Source of the DNA: Takakia lepidozioides
Taxonomy: Eukaryota; Plantae; Bryophyta
NCBI GenBank assembly: GCA_030704615.1
Contig: CM060732.1
Span: forward strand, 22,940,001 to 23,004,000
Length of the DNA: 64,000 nt
Direction of reading: 5' to 3'
Shown: positions 24,079 to 37,421 of the stretch, one piece after another
Layout: each line of letters begins with the position of its first letter
Numbering within the stretch: the first letter of the stretch is position 1
Program-made: the position numbers and the translations under genes
Notes under the pieces: model-generated
Seen by the model: only the letters and a program-made list of their open reading frames with translations
What the model was told of the DNA's origin: nothing
Database searches by the model: none

Positions 24079-25586
24079 TTGAGTGTCAACACGGAGGTGC
24101 CACTAGTTGCTGGGGACAGTGCCGGTTCGAGCACTAGCGATACTAGTGGGTACACGAGACGAGGTGTGCGGTTTAGGCCACCTTCACCTCCTGTGTCTTC
24201 CACAGAAGGTTCTGATTCGGATTGTGAATCAGGAGGGCTCATACCGGTGGTGCAAGTTGTTTCTTTGCCATTGTTGTGGGACACAATGGAGGAGATGTAT
24301 GGAGCTACCAAGGGGCCACGAAGGTACTCTGGGGCGGTGGGCACCATTGAGTTGGATGATTTTATCCAAGAGTTTGATAGTTGGTGTGATTTGCAGCAAA
24401 TGCGCAATCCACAACTATTTACGCCGTTCATGGCATGGAAAGGGCTGTTTCAGCACCTTGAGGGGCCGCCTATGGATGATTACCATGAGTTCAGGCGGGG
24501 GCATGAGGTTGAGATCGAGGAGTGGAGGATGTACTGGTCACCCGACTATGTCTCCATCACTAGGGGCACTAGAGCCACGAGGGCAGTGGCTACACCTGCC
24601 GCTGCACCGGCAGCTTCAGCAAGTAGCAGTGGGACTGGTGGTACAGTAGCTACGACATCCACCCAAGCCACTACCGCACCAGCACTAGCACCCGTGCCTG
24701 CCTTCAACCCTGTTGTGGAGTTCTTCGAAGAGTTGAGAGGGAACTACCAAGGGTGAGGACAGAGAAGTTGCGGAGCTTGCAAGAGTTCCAACGGAAGCCG
24801 ACCGAGAGCTTGAGGGAGGCTTTCACTCGCATGAGGCGCTTGATAAATGTAACCCAAGGGGTTACGGAAGCTCAGGCAGTCCAATTCTGGTATGGGATAT
24901 TGGACAAGGAGCTGAGGAGAAGGGTGCGGGATGCAACTCTCCTACAAGCGGCCCAACCCACCTTAGCAATGTGTTTTTGCTGGCAGAGCGGATAGAGCTC
25001 AACATGGTGGAGGAACGAGTGGTCATGGTGGGATTTGCTAAGGAGACACCACGGGGTAGTGGTGCTCCTAGCCAACCACTACCTCAACGTGCTCAAGGCA
25101 ACAAGGGGGCTCAGGTGAAGCTCAGGGAAGGGCAGAGAGGACCTCAGATGCAGGGGTCTCTCCCTTCATTTGCTGGCCAACAACGGGCGGATGTGGTGTG
25201 CTGGACATGTGGAGGACCCCATGCCAAGAAGGATTGCCCAGAGGGAGGCAAAGGGCCGGCACATGCACAGCCTGCACAGTTGCAGTGTGGGCATTATGGC
25301 AAGCACGGGCATGGAGAGGCCCAGTGTTATGGTTTGCATCCTGAGTTGCGCCCAGGCCAGTTCCAAGGGAACAATGGTGGCCGGGGCGAGGTGGAGCAGC
25401 CCAGAGAGGACGAGGTGGCCAGCCACGAGGTGCAGGCCAAGGGCAAGCTCAACGTGGCCAAGGACGCGGAGGTCAGGGTGTTGACCAAGGCATGGCCAAC
25501 CGGCTTCAGCAGCTAGAGCAGAGGCTCGCTGCCATGGCTACAGCTCAGGTGGTACCGGCTCTAAGGCCGGATGGTCCACCTCCTGC
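24079..25586 (+). mobile_element. Ty3/Gypsy gag (frameshifted), truncated by the assembly gap
   Basis: Capsid-like segments (YSG...LDDFIQEFDSW; LQEFQRKPTESLREAFTRMRRL) and knuckles CWTCGGPHAKKDC and CGH(Y)GKHGHGEAQC. 25002-25586 is near-identical to 61266-60682 in reverse complement. Confidence 0.85.
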
Positions 25587-26086
25587 NNNNNNNNNNNNNN
25601 NNNNNNNNNNNNNNNNNNNNNNNNNNNNNNNNNNNNNNNNNNNNNNNNNNNNNNNNNNNNNNNNNNNNNNNNNNNNNNNNNNNNNNNNNNNNNNNNNNNN
25701 NNNNNNNNNNNNNNNNNNNNNNNNNNNNNNNNNNNNNNNNNNNNNNNNNNNNNNNNNNNNNNNNNNNNNNNNNNNNNNNNNNNNNNNNNNNNNNNNNNNN
25801 NNNNNNNNNNNNNNNNNNNNNNNNNNNNNNNNNNNNNNNNNNNNNNNNNNNNNNNNNNNNNNNNNNNNNNNNNNNNNNNNNNNNNNNNNNNNNNNNNNNN
25901 NNNNNNNNNNNNNNNNNNNNNNNNNNNNNNNNNNNNNNNNNNNNNNNNNNNNNNNNNNNNNNNNNNNNNNNNNNNNNNNNNNNNNNNNNNNNNNNNNNNN
26001 NNNNNNNNNNNNNNNNNNNNNNNNNNNNNNNNNNNNNNNNNNNNNNNNNNNNNNNNNNNNNNNNNNNNNNNNNNNNNNNNNNNNNN
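25587..26086. other. Assembly gap (500 N)
   Basis: Run of exactly 500 N. Confidence 1.
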
Positions 26087-27908
26087 TGGACAGTGGCGAA
26101 ATTAATGATAGTACATGCGTGGATGCATAGATCGCCGCCAAGACCAATGTTGGTCCAAATTTGAAAAAATAATGAAGCAATGTGCAAAATTCTCATAGAG
26201 TATGAGCATGGAGGTATTGAACTTCTTGTACCTATATTTGCGTTGCGCATATTTTTAGCACATTACTTTTGTAGAGTAGTACTTTTGTAGACTAGTTGGT
26301 CTCACCAAAAACAACATTCAATACTAAATGATCAATATCAGCTGATAAATACTAGAAAATTGCTCTAATCTTCATTTGGTCATAGTCCATTTTAACGTAT
26401 CTTTGAGCTTGAAATGTCATACTGTCAAAGCTCTCGATTAATAAATGAATTTAAAGCTTGTATTTTTCAGGCCAAAATTGCAATCATATATGTGATGCAG
26501 CTTAAAGTTTGCATAGAAAAGTACATAGAAAGTACATACTACAAATAAAATTCAATTGTTCTTGATGCATCTCAAGAGTTCCAAAGCGAACTAACTACCT
26601 TCATGGTCAAAAATACCTGGAGTGGTAGTAGAAATGCCTTGGGGTCCCAATGTGTTGGGGAACTACATGGGGATCCGCTAGAAATCATGGAATGATAGCT
26701 TCAAGAATCTTAGAGGATGAAAGAATGCCCATTTAGTCCTCGCAAAATCTGTCTTCCTTCTTAAGGCTCTCCAAATCCCAACCATAATTTGTATCTGGCA
26801 TTGAATCAAGGCTGTTAGAGAAGAAAATTAGCTTTACAATGGTGTTTGTTATCACTTAGGCCAAATTGATATTGTTAGGCAAGGATCTATTTGAGAAATT
26901 GAGATGAACAACAAAGGAGCAATGTTTAAGTAGGTTTCTCTTTATAGTTATGTGTATGTACTATGTAGTACCTTTCTTTGGCAACATGGACAAAATGGTT
27001 TGCCATGGCTGAAGTCTATCCCGACCAGATCATCAAAAGTTTATACAATTGAATTGCACATATCGTGTGGACTTCAGATTGCTTTGAACTATCAATTTAA
27101 GATCTAATTGTAGAAAGTAGAATTTTCTCACACAGGCAAATTCTTTCATTCTTCTTTTTATGTCTCGTATTGTTATCCCTTTACTATGTCTTCTTAAACA
27201 CTTCAACCCCTAACAATTACCCTCCAATGGGTGTGACTCTCTGTATCTGATGTCAATCTCATGCGATATGTATAAACTTTCAAAGAACAATATCTTATGT
27301 TGTAGATACACTGAAATGCTGACACTTAGTCAAGTATGCAAGTCTTAGTGTGCTTGTAATTATCTATACCAACATATTTGAAATTCTATCGTTTCAAGCT
27401 CAACTTAAGTATAAAAAATAAAATAAGAATATGTTCATAATGAAATCCAATCAAATGCCAATATCAATTTTTATGTTATATTAATTTGAATACTTATTAA
27501 GAAAATAATCAAGAGAAGAAGTACTTTATATGTCATATTCCCAAAGGTCAACCTAACATGTTTCTTTGGGTGGGTTTTTTATTTTTTCTCCTCTTTGTTT
27601 TTGTATTTTGTTAAAAATAGAACAAAATACAAAGAATGTATAGATGAAGATAGTTAGATCTCAAAGCTTGCTAGAAATAATGTGTACTCAATTTAAATGA
27701 TGTTTAATGTATTTTGGATCTCTAAACATATACTACAAGCTGTTTCTTTGTTAATCTCTAACAAAGCTTAAAGAAAATATGGTAATATGTACCTCATTTA
27801 ATCTTGGAAAGACTTTATATTAATCTAAGACTTTGAGTACTAAGATAGGTAGTTATGCTGATATAATTAGATGACAAACAATTATATTGACAATGGTGCA
27901 CTCTTTTT

Positions 27909-30900
27909 GTGAACCAGCAGCTTGATGAGTTGTCGGTGTCCAGCTTGGAACATGATAACCCTATGCACCGGCGAAGGGCGCGAGCTGTGAAATTTATTAG
28001 TTTCTTGATAATTATTTCAGTTGTGACCTTCTTTTGGCTTACAAAACTTTTGTATTTGGGTAACTATAACCCAAGGGATGATCAACGTTCATCAATTCTA
28101 CTCAAATTATATCTTAGAAAGAAATGTAATCTTTCAATAATTGGGATCGCCCAACAATATCGTGGCAGAATCATGCAGGGGTCGCATGACCCTTCCTGGG
28201 CACTTCATGGTGGGGTTTGGAGGAGCGTCCCAGAAAATCAGAGAAGGTATATACATATATCCCCGCTAAGCTCCATTCACTTTGGCCAAAAATTCAGACT
28301 CAAATATATTCGCTATAACCACAAATTTGGTCACAATTGTTAGATATATTCATCCCCTGATTGTTTGTGTAATGTCCCACATTAATTAAGATGATGTATA
28401 ATATATTATATAGATATAGTCCTCAATATTCCAAAAAATATTTTCAAAAATATTTTTTATACACATCATATGTTTTGAATTAGGAATGTTTCTCAGTTGC
28501 ACAAGATACTATGTGAAATTAATGATTGGTCGTCCTCCTAAAATATATCATTTGGATATCGATACTGGCAGCGGCATAACTTGGGTTGGTTGTAACTGGG
28601 GTGGCCAAGCACCGAGGAAGGTAGCTTTTGTCCCATATCATACTGGAGCAATGTTCATAATGTAAAATGATGATATTTGATTAAAAAAAGATATTATAAT
28701 TATAAGATGTTTCAATACTATTATTTGATTAAATGATCCAGTGACATTTATTTAGCATTATAATAAAACTAAAAAATAAATAAATAAAGGTATACTTGAC
28801 ATTTGCTTTACAGGGACCAAATGAATTGTACATACCCATGGCATCAGAAGTATTGAATTGCGAACACAAACGACATTTGTGCCAATCGTTTCAAAGAAGA
28901 AATTTAGTACGAAAATGTTGGCATGCAGATTCTTTTCTATGTCCATTTCATATAAGGTATACTGATAATACAGTCTCGGAAGGTATTGTTGTGGAGGATT
29001 TTATCACATTCAATGTAAACCGTGGAGAGCCGATTGAGGACAAATTAGCATTTGGGTTTGTATTTTTGTATCAACTTCATGTATTGTTACAAATATATGA
29101 CGATATATATTATAGTAGTTTAGATATACTTATAGACTGTGAGCATGTCTTGAAATATAACAAGTATAATGGCTCTTCCTTTTTTGAATAGAAAGACTCT
29201 CTAAATTCGTCCATAATTAATTGAAACCCTGATAAAAGTATATACTGGCTATATACTTCTACCACATTCTAAAATTTCATTGTCTTCCATGGTCACTTTT
29301 TCATCCATTATTTTTTTTCTCACTAATAATGCAACCAAGGATGGGGAAGGTAAAACACGATCAAATTGATATTGGCATTTATTTGTAGTCTCGAGGAGCC
29401 AATAAATAAAAATGATGTTTAGTACGCACTAGAACATATTATATTTTTAGTATCTTTTCACAAGTTATTTTTTCCCTCTACAACTTTGAACAACGCATAT
29501 TTCATTTGACTTCAGCTAGTCTACAAATATAAATGTTGTGACAATTTTGAATGGTTTGGCAGATGTAGTAATAAGCAAATGAACATGGAACTCTATAACG
29601 ACTTAGGTGAAAACGACAGCAAAGATTGTACTCATAAGACGTTGTTTGCCGCAGCCTAAAGGATTATCAGCAAAAAAAAAAATGACAGTAAAGAGACAGA
29701 CGGATTATTAGGGATAGACAGGGATTCGTCAACGTTGCAGTGGCAATTGAAAACAAAGGGTTTAATAACCAAGAACATTATAGGAGTTTGTCTAAGTGCA
29801 AATTTGGAAGAGGGCTATGATGCAGCATCGGGCTATCTTTTCTTTGGAGATCATGAAGTAATTTTGAAAAATGAACTAACATGGACGAGGACGGTCAACG
29901 TAGATGGGTTCGTAAATTTATGCTTTGATACAATCTTACTGAAATTTTAAAGCACTATTCAAGTTCTCACGTTTTAGTTTAATACACATTACAGATTCTC
30001 ATCATATATTATTATTATTATTTCACTATAGTATACCAGAAAGATCACTTATTAACCCTTAAGTTCCCAAGCGACCTGAATCGGGTCACTTTGAATTTGC
30101 AGTTCGACCAAATTTTTGCAGATCTATCTGATGGGCCCCACTCCTGAAGCTTTAATGACAAGGGATTTGTCTCGAGTATGATGCAAAAAACAAAAAAAAC
30201 AAAAAAACAAAAGCTACGACCTACAAAAAATATCTTAGATCTCTCATTTACGTTTTTGGCCTGAAAAGGGCTTGTTGACCGCTGACGTGGCAGGTAAACA
30301 AGCCCAAAACAGATTGCACTCCAAAGGCCATTTTTGGCAGAAAATTAGCAATTTTGGAAAAAGCACTTCACCTTGTGGTGTGTGAGCATTACATACACAC
30401 ATACACACATCCACCATTGGCTTTTAAAAAATTTGTAGAAAAAAAAGTACTTCATTTGGAGGCACATTTTCTCTTGTCAATTTTGAGATTTCAACCCCTA
30501 TGCAATTGCATGCATAGCAACCATAGGTGAAAAATCAGTTGGATCTGCAATTTAGTGGGGTCATAGCCACTCCACTATTGATTTGGAAATGGTGGGTCTT
30601 GGGGCAAGCAAAATTGGGTAAAGCTAGGTTTTGATTTGGTCAAACCAATTTCTTTCTCACTTTTTTTTTGGGACCTGATATTTGAGGTCCGGGCCAACGC
30701 TATAATCTCACAATTTCCACGGTGGACTTGGCTCATTTTTTTGGATGTCATGCATAAATGAGCTGGGCCCACTGCTATAAGGCTGGAATCTCTCGATGAT
30801 TTTTGGTAGGTTTCTAGGGGCAATTTACTGCAGCTGGGTACCCAAAATTGGTAAAATGTCAAAAAAGGGCTTGGGAACTTCAGGGTTAAAGTCTCATGTA

Positions 30901-32869
30901 AGTTACTAGGTTGAGTGACTATCATTTATGCATTGAAAAATAGACATACAGTTGTTTCAGCAAAGATTCTATAATTTATGGGTTCAAGATATACATCTAC
31001 AGTACTAATTTTATACTCTATATACTTATGATATGATTATAATATATCTAATATCATAACTATATTGGTTTAACTATAAGGACACCATGTTACTACAATA
31101 CATTATCAAACTTGAATATACACAAATATATGAATTTGATTTGCTGCAGATACCGTGATGTTTGCCTTGGGAAATTTGTCGCCCTTAAATATGGGCACAA
31201 CCAAACAATAGAAGATTCAACACTGTTAAGCAATCAAGATGACTGGCCAATATATCATAATATCATATTTGATTCTGGCACTGAACTCACATATTTGGAA
31301 AATAAATTTTATGACCCCTTATCTCTAATCGTAAGTCCATGACCTTGTATTACCATAAAATTTCATTCATTCACATAATATTTATTTTTAAAATTTTAAA
31401 TATTCTAAATATGCATCTTTAAACTATGAACAATTTAACTCATGTATTTCACGTGTAGGGATCAGATAAAATTTATTGCTCTCTCTCATGGTTACAAGCA
31501 AGTACTCGATCCGTACTGAATGAGTATCGTTCGTATTGGAGTCACGAGAAAGATCGTAATCTACGGTAGTAACTACTTGAATCACATATTCAATCCTTTT
31601 GGCTCTCAGACTTTCATCAAAATATGCTTCAGTTGCTCATATTATATATTTTTTGATGAATGAATCTCATAAATAAATAATTCAAACATAATGTGAAAAT
31701 ATCGAAAGAAAAAAAATGGAGAAATAAGGTTAGAGGGAGATCACCAACTTGGATTTTTCATTTCCTATTGCAATACTAATATCAACTTGTGTTGATATTA
31801 AGCCTGCCAATTCGGCTTCAAAAAATAAAAACTTTTGTCTATGGTACATATAGATCACACAAAAGGATATAAAATCAGATAAAAAATAATATCAACATGA
31901 CCCATGACTTGTGATTGTGCAACCTCGGCTCATGAATAATAGAAGTGATTAAAATAAGTTAGTAATTGAATTTATGTCAAATAATTATTTTTGCTTGACA
32001 TGTGTGATAGTGAACAACCACATGACTTTGACCTCGGGAGGATGTTTCAATCTTTTGCTGTTGAATTTGAACAATATGCAAGCTCATCAGCTGAAACGAA
32101 TAGATATTCAACATATGAAATTCTTCCTGAATTACTTGAGATGGAAAGCAAGTTCCAAGATAATCCATTCTACATGTATGAAGATTTCAAATGTGTCCAT
32201 GCACACATTGATACATATAACAGATTTTCCATTATTTAATTATTAAAAATAAAACATGAATAAAAAAACAAATTAAATAAATACATGTGTCGCTGAACTA
32301 ACACCAACTTCCTCAAAAACCTCAAAGTTGATCAAATTATTATTTAGAAATATTTGACATAGATGTCCAATTTGTACAAAAGCTATATTTACTTTGGTCT
32401 CTCATTTTAGGTGTGAGACAGTTTGACGAACAGGTTGGCTCCGGATGGTATTTCTGCTTAAATGTAGTCGACAATGAGGGTGAAAATGAGATCGGAATTA
32501 TTGGTAGTACGTAATCTAAACTCTATGAAAATTTATGTAACCAACATATCTGCGTGTGTAAAAAACTTAAAAGGGAGTCCGCTACCCTAAAGACGAAGAG
32601 GCTCTTATTTATATCGACTTTAGTTGGGCATCATCCTCATCTTTCTATAGATACATGCCCCCAAAAATCACCATGATTTGATGCAAAATATGTACAATCA
32701 ATTGTTGGTGTCTTGACATGCTACTATCCACAAGTCAAAACAATTTTATCATAATGATGGGAATCTTTTGAATGTTGTAGGTATCTCAATGTCCGATTAT
32801 TTGTTTGTATATGACAATGACGACCAAAAGATTGGGTGGCGAAAAGAAAAATGCAACACCATGCTATGA
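27909..32869 (+). pseudogene. Nucellin/APCB1-like A1 aspartic protease, multi-exon, disrupted
   Basis: Exons read YYVKLMIGRPPKIYHLDIDTGSGITWVGC (28506-28620), GPNELY...IRYTDNTVSEGIVVED...LAFG (28814-29055), TDGLLG...QLKTKGLITKNIIGVCL...GYLFFGD, IIFDSGTELTYL (about 31260), CLNVV...IIG and ISMSDYLFVYDNDDQKIGW...C (ends 32869). Both catalytic DTG/DSG motifs are present. In-frame TAA at 29657, and the exon near 31460 looks broken. Confidence 0.85.
30056..30885. mobile_element. piggyBac-like MITE (830 bp) in a protease intron
   Basis: TTAA|CCCTTAAGTTCCCAAGC ... GCTTGGGAACTTCAGGG|TTAA: 17-bp TIR (16/17 match), TTAA at 30052-30055 and 30886-30889. GC is higher than the flanking intron. Confidence 0.8.
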
Positions 32870-33397
32870 TTTTATGTGGACTGCATCCAAATTTGGTAAA
32901 TAATGGATTAAAAAAACAGAGTGTGTTAAACATCCATCACATTTACAAATCCATCACATTTACAAGGCATATTGCTCTCCATAGAGTCCATCTAAGTGGA
33001 CATTACAAAGTGAGAGAATCTTGGAGTTGGGGAAATAAAAAGACTCGTGAAGATGAGCATTGAGTACCTTGCATTGATCCACAATTAATGTGTTTGAACA
33101 TTACGTTTGGGGGGTTCTAGTGTATGTACAAATGGCATCGTGCTTAGTAACAATGGATTTTAGGATTCGTACAAAATTTAGGTGTGGTTCTCCAAACTAT
33201 TGCAATTTATAGTTTATTGGCTCTGTCTCGCAAGGGATAGAGGAATTGTGGAGACATCTTGCCTAGGGGGAGAACTAGGCTTATCCATTAAGCCTAGTCT
33301 ATGGAAGGTTGATGGGCATGATTCATGAAGCCGTGGAAAAAGTATATAACAACATTACATCCAAGACAACGTTTTCCCGGGGCAAGGAGCCAGGAAA

Positions 33398-35510
33398 GTG
33401 TTCCCGTTCAAAATGTCCACAAAAGATGAGGGCAGCGGAGTCAGCCTGGTTAAACGTATGCAAAAGGGTGGCGATCTAGGCAACTGCTTCCTTATGTTCG
33501 ATCACGTCAAGAGGGTTAAAGACTGGACCACAATGGCATGTCATGTTTACGACCCTGTGTACCAGCGTGTCATGACATTGCAGTGTGTGACATGCAGTCA
33601 GAGGACACAGATTCACGGCAGCTCATGTGGGAAGCTCTCATTCGTGTTATGGCCTCCAATGGTCTCCCATCTCCCAATTTTGTTGGTTTCATGCCCGACA
33701 TTGCTCAAGCTAACTTCAACGCTGTCCGCATTGTATTCGGGACGGGAGATCCAAAAGTGCCAATGCCTGGAAGAGAACGTACGTGTCTTTTCCATTGGAC
33801 ACAATCCCTGGATAAACACACAAAGGCAGACATCAAGCCAGATATGCAGAGTATGCATCGTCAACTGTGCAAACAGTACAAAGACGCCAAAACTATGGGG
33901 GAAGCGAATACATTGTTCCAGACAATTCGTGCCTGGTGGTACTCATCTGGAGCGGCATCAGAGGACAGCATGAGGGCACTGGAAGACTGGTTCGCATTTT
34001 GGCACTTCCGTTACCGGCAGTGGGGAGCGGCCATGACAACGGTGAGCGGTTTGCATTCACCTTCCTTTGGGTGCTTCGGATATATCTTTCAGGGTCCCAT
34101 CCTTATATCGGCTTTGTGTTTTTTTGCCTTGCAGCATATGTCCATTGAGGAGATGGCGAACATGTCGTCTTGCAATCTAGCGGAGACAGTGCACAATGCC
34201 TGGTTGCAGCAATCCGGCAAAAAAGGAAGAGATTTGTATGCGGCTACGGCCGATGACCTTATCCGTGCTCTGCAGCAGCAAACCAGATACAGGTCATTCT
34301 TGAGGGGTGGCCTTGGAGGCAAAGGCCCGGACATGAGCGAGTTGATGTTGCGGGCAGCCAGAAGATCGGGGGATCCCAGCAAAATAGCGCGGGCAGTGAG
34401 CATATGTGCAGATGGCACCCCTCTCGTGGGAAAAGTTCCTCATCTGGAAGGCGAAGAGAGATTCGGGTCTTGCAAACGGAAATTGGATACCCCTCCCGGA
34501 TCGGATGCAGACTCCCATAGGGCGGACAAGGTCAACTTCTCAACGCCACGTGTTCCATTGGATCAGAGATGGAATTGCGGAACATCCACAGGTGAGGGCC
34601 ATTCTGCCCCAGACTGGACCCCTGCATCAAGCACTGTCACTGCAATGGTTGAAGACCAGAACGTGGTGCGGCATGTAATAGAGTCCATGTGCTTGGACGA
34701 GGTTTGGCATATAGAACGCACAAGTGCTGGATCGCGTGTGAATGCGCGGCGATCAGGGCCACCAATCATGAAAAATGTACATCATTAATATCCAGAGGGA
34801 AAGAACGCACTGCAGCTCCTACAGTCACTAGTTTGTTTCTCCCTTACGGCCAAGGAGAGGCAAAGAACCACAAGTTTTGGTTTTGCGCTGACGATTGCAG
34901 GAGATGTGTGCGTGGGACAGTGAGGCCCTCCGTGGTGAGGAAGCCTACTCCACCAACTGTGTGGCCTGTGAAGATGGGCACAGGTCTCACTCACCAAGAG
35001 ATTGCAATGCTGGAAGAGGCGGGTTTCTCCCTAGCCAGACATTCCATTGTACGTGAAGGTGCTTCAAGTACAAGCGGTTCACGGGTACCTCCGCCTGACG
35101 CTCACTTGTGGCCAACCAGACGGAATGGGAAGCTGGTTCGACGATTCCCTCCAACCGCAGAACACTATGGCAAAATCGAGTTCGTGAGAATGCTTCACGC
35201 TGTGGGAACAATGGAAGTGCCTGATCCAGGGTATGGTCGGGTCTTCACCATGATCTCATCTGCATCTGCGCTGCAGGACAAGACGTACGACATCACTGTT
35301 TCCAATTTTCCAAATTGTACCTGTCCTGATTTTGTTGGTATGCTTTCAAGTAGTTTGGGAAAGAGAGGGAAGTTCATACTGTGCAAACACCTTTACTTCG
35401 TCTTCTTGAGAAGAATGGTTTGTGATCCAAAGCGGGACTTCTTCATTCACCAAGCCACTATGAGTTTCAACGAAGTCAACACACTTCTACAACGGGATAC
35501 AAGCCCATAG
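33398..35510 (+). mobile_element. MULE transposase relic (DDE plus SWIM), frameshifted, 5'-truncated
   Basis: MFDHVKRV, FMPD...ANFNAV..VF...ERTCLFHW (D plus CxxH), NLAETVH (E), SWIM CTCPDF...CKHL. In-frame 93-nt GT-AG intron at 34042-34134. Confidence 0.8.
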
Positions 35511-35799
35511 AAAGCATTCACCTGACACTCCGAAATCTGTGTTTTCCTTTACTACAGCCGAGAGGGGCCATGACCTGCTTGCAGACTCTGGTAATGCACA
35601 TATAAAACATTAAATGTTTCCAAAGTTTTTAGAAAGTTGTGGGTAGAGTGTGATGGTTAAGAGCAATGGATAATATGTATGAGGTTCGGCGTTCAATCCT
35701 TGTCAGGTGGTAATGTGTGTTATTGTAATGTAATGTATGTTACTGTGTATACTTGTTCTTTCTGAAATTTTCCAAAGTTCTTGTTCTTCTACAGCGGCG

Positions 35800-36040
35800 G
35801 ATCCAGTGGACTCTGGGTCTAGCGGACTGTACAAACCTTCCAACGGACTCTGCTCACTCTACAATGTAGAGTGGACCCTCCAGCGGACTCTACAAAGTGG
35901 ACCCTTTCCAACGGACTCAGTAGAGTGGGTGGACCCTCCAGCGGACTCTACAAAGTGGACCCTTTCCAACGGACTCCGTAGAGTGGGTGGACCCTCCAGC
36001 AGAACGGATTGGACTGTCCAATGGACCCTCCGCTGGGCTT
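35800..36040. repeat. Short tandem repeat (about 58-bp unit, GTGGACCCTCCAGCGGACTCTAC...)
   Basis: Unit directly repeated at about 35871, 35929 and 35987. Confidence 0.8.
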
Positions 36041-37421
36041 ATGAGGTGATCCCATGGGCCGTATTGGCGGGCCCACAGGCGCATTAATGATGTTGGTATC
36101 TTAAAATGAGAGGCCATATCAACCACCACTTCAATTCAATCAAATCCTTGAAAGAAAGTTGAAAACATTTCACATTGTCTTTCCAGCTGACATAAATTTT
36201 TTTAGTTGGACTTTTTAAGTTGACTTCGGCATTCTGTGCAGTAAACTACTCTTACCGGAACTATTGAAGCTTGCTAAGGAACTAATGCTTAAAAACAATA
36301 AGTGATTTGGAAGGAGGGGCGGGGAATCGTGACGATTTAACAACTTAAACATTGTAGAAGGGCTATTATATCCACTCAACCAACCATTCTTATTTGCAAC
36401 CCATCTAAAATTTCTACTTGGTCATTAAGAAACGTCGTAGATCTAGAAATTACAAATCTGACAAGATAAGGTATGAAAACCAACCTTATTTGAAACCTCT
36501 GGCTAGATGTCACAGCTAATTGGAATGTTTTAAGTTTTGCGCGACTCTGAATCGTTCTTTTTTTTTACTTTCTAGCTGACTGTTTGCAACTCCTAGTAGA
36601 GCATGACAAATTGCTTATTACAATTTTTGACAACCCTCCCCTTCCTATGGGTGGTGTGTAATTAGCTTTGTGCATGGAGAGGTTAAAAGAGATTATTTTC
36701 TCCTCTCACCGTTCCATTTGGGATATTATAAGAAATAAGTTAGGTCCATTTTGTACAAAAAGCCAAAAAGGTCCCAAAACTGCATTTTGACCAAGCCCTA
36801 GGGCAACGTTGCAGAATATTCCTGGGCAAATGTCCTCCATATTCCATTGCCTCCTCACATTCCACAGGCTCTTTCAAAATTTGAGGACAATCCGACAAGT
36901 TTAGGGGGGGAGGGGGTCTTTGTATGTGAATGGGGATAGGCTTACAATTGAGAATTTCCAAAGCAGATCATGGAGGTCCCATGGTCACTAGGTAGAAATT
37001 TTGGGCCAAATCTAAATTGCAATGGTCAGTCTATGCAGTGGCATCTTTCAAAGCACCCTGCCCAAAATTACAGCAGTTGGTGCAAAATTGCATCTCGGAT
37101 GTAGTTTTCAGTGATTTTTCCGGCGAACTCCATGTCAGGATTATGGCAGCCGGAATTGCCTCTGCCTGTGCAATACCCCGCCGGCGTCGTCATACGGGCC
37201 TGCCACGTCGCTGGTCTACCCACGTGGCCCCCCCATCCCCCATGCTCCCAAAAAATCCTGATGGCAGAGAAATCATTTGTTGGGGGCGCCATAAAGTGCA
37301 ATGTGTGCAGGACATTGGGGGATACAGATCAGACTTTATCCTGCGAAGCTGCAGCTGGATGAAAAAACGAGGGGACCCGTTTTGGGTCGCCTCGTCGTTT
37401 AGGGGTTAACGTTTATTGGTT

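Noticed and set aside
25492-26250. ORFs spanning the N run
   Set aside because: Open only because N translates as X.
26087-33300. Contaminant contig
   Set aside because: Contains the same LINE terminal motif as the host-gene introns and runs without a gap into the MULE family also seen at 1-1184.
37380-37409. Second piggyBac-like end (AGGGG|TTAA)
   Set aside because: No matching left TIR found by eye.
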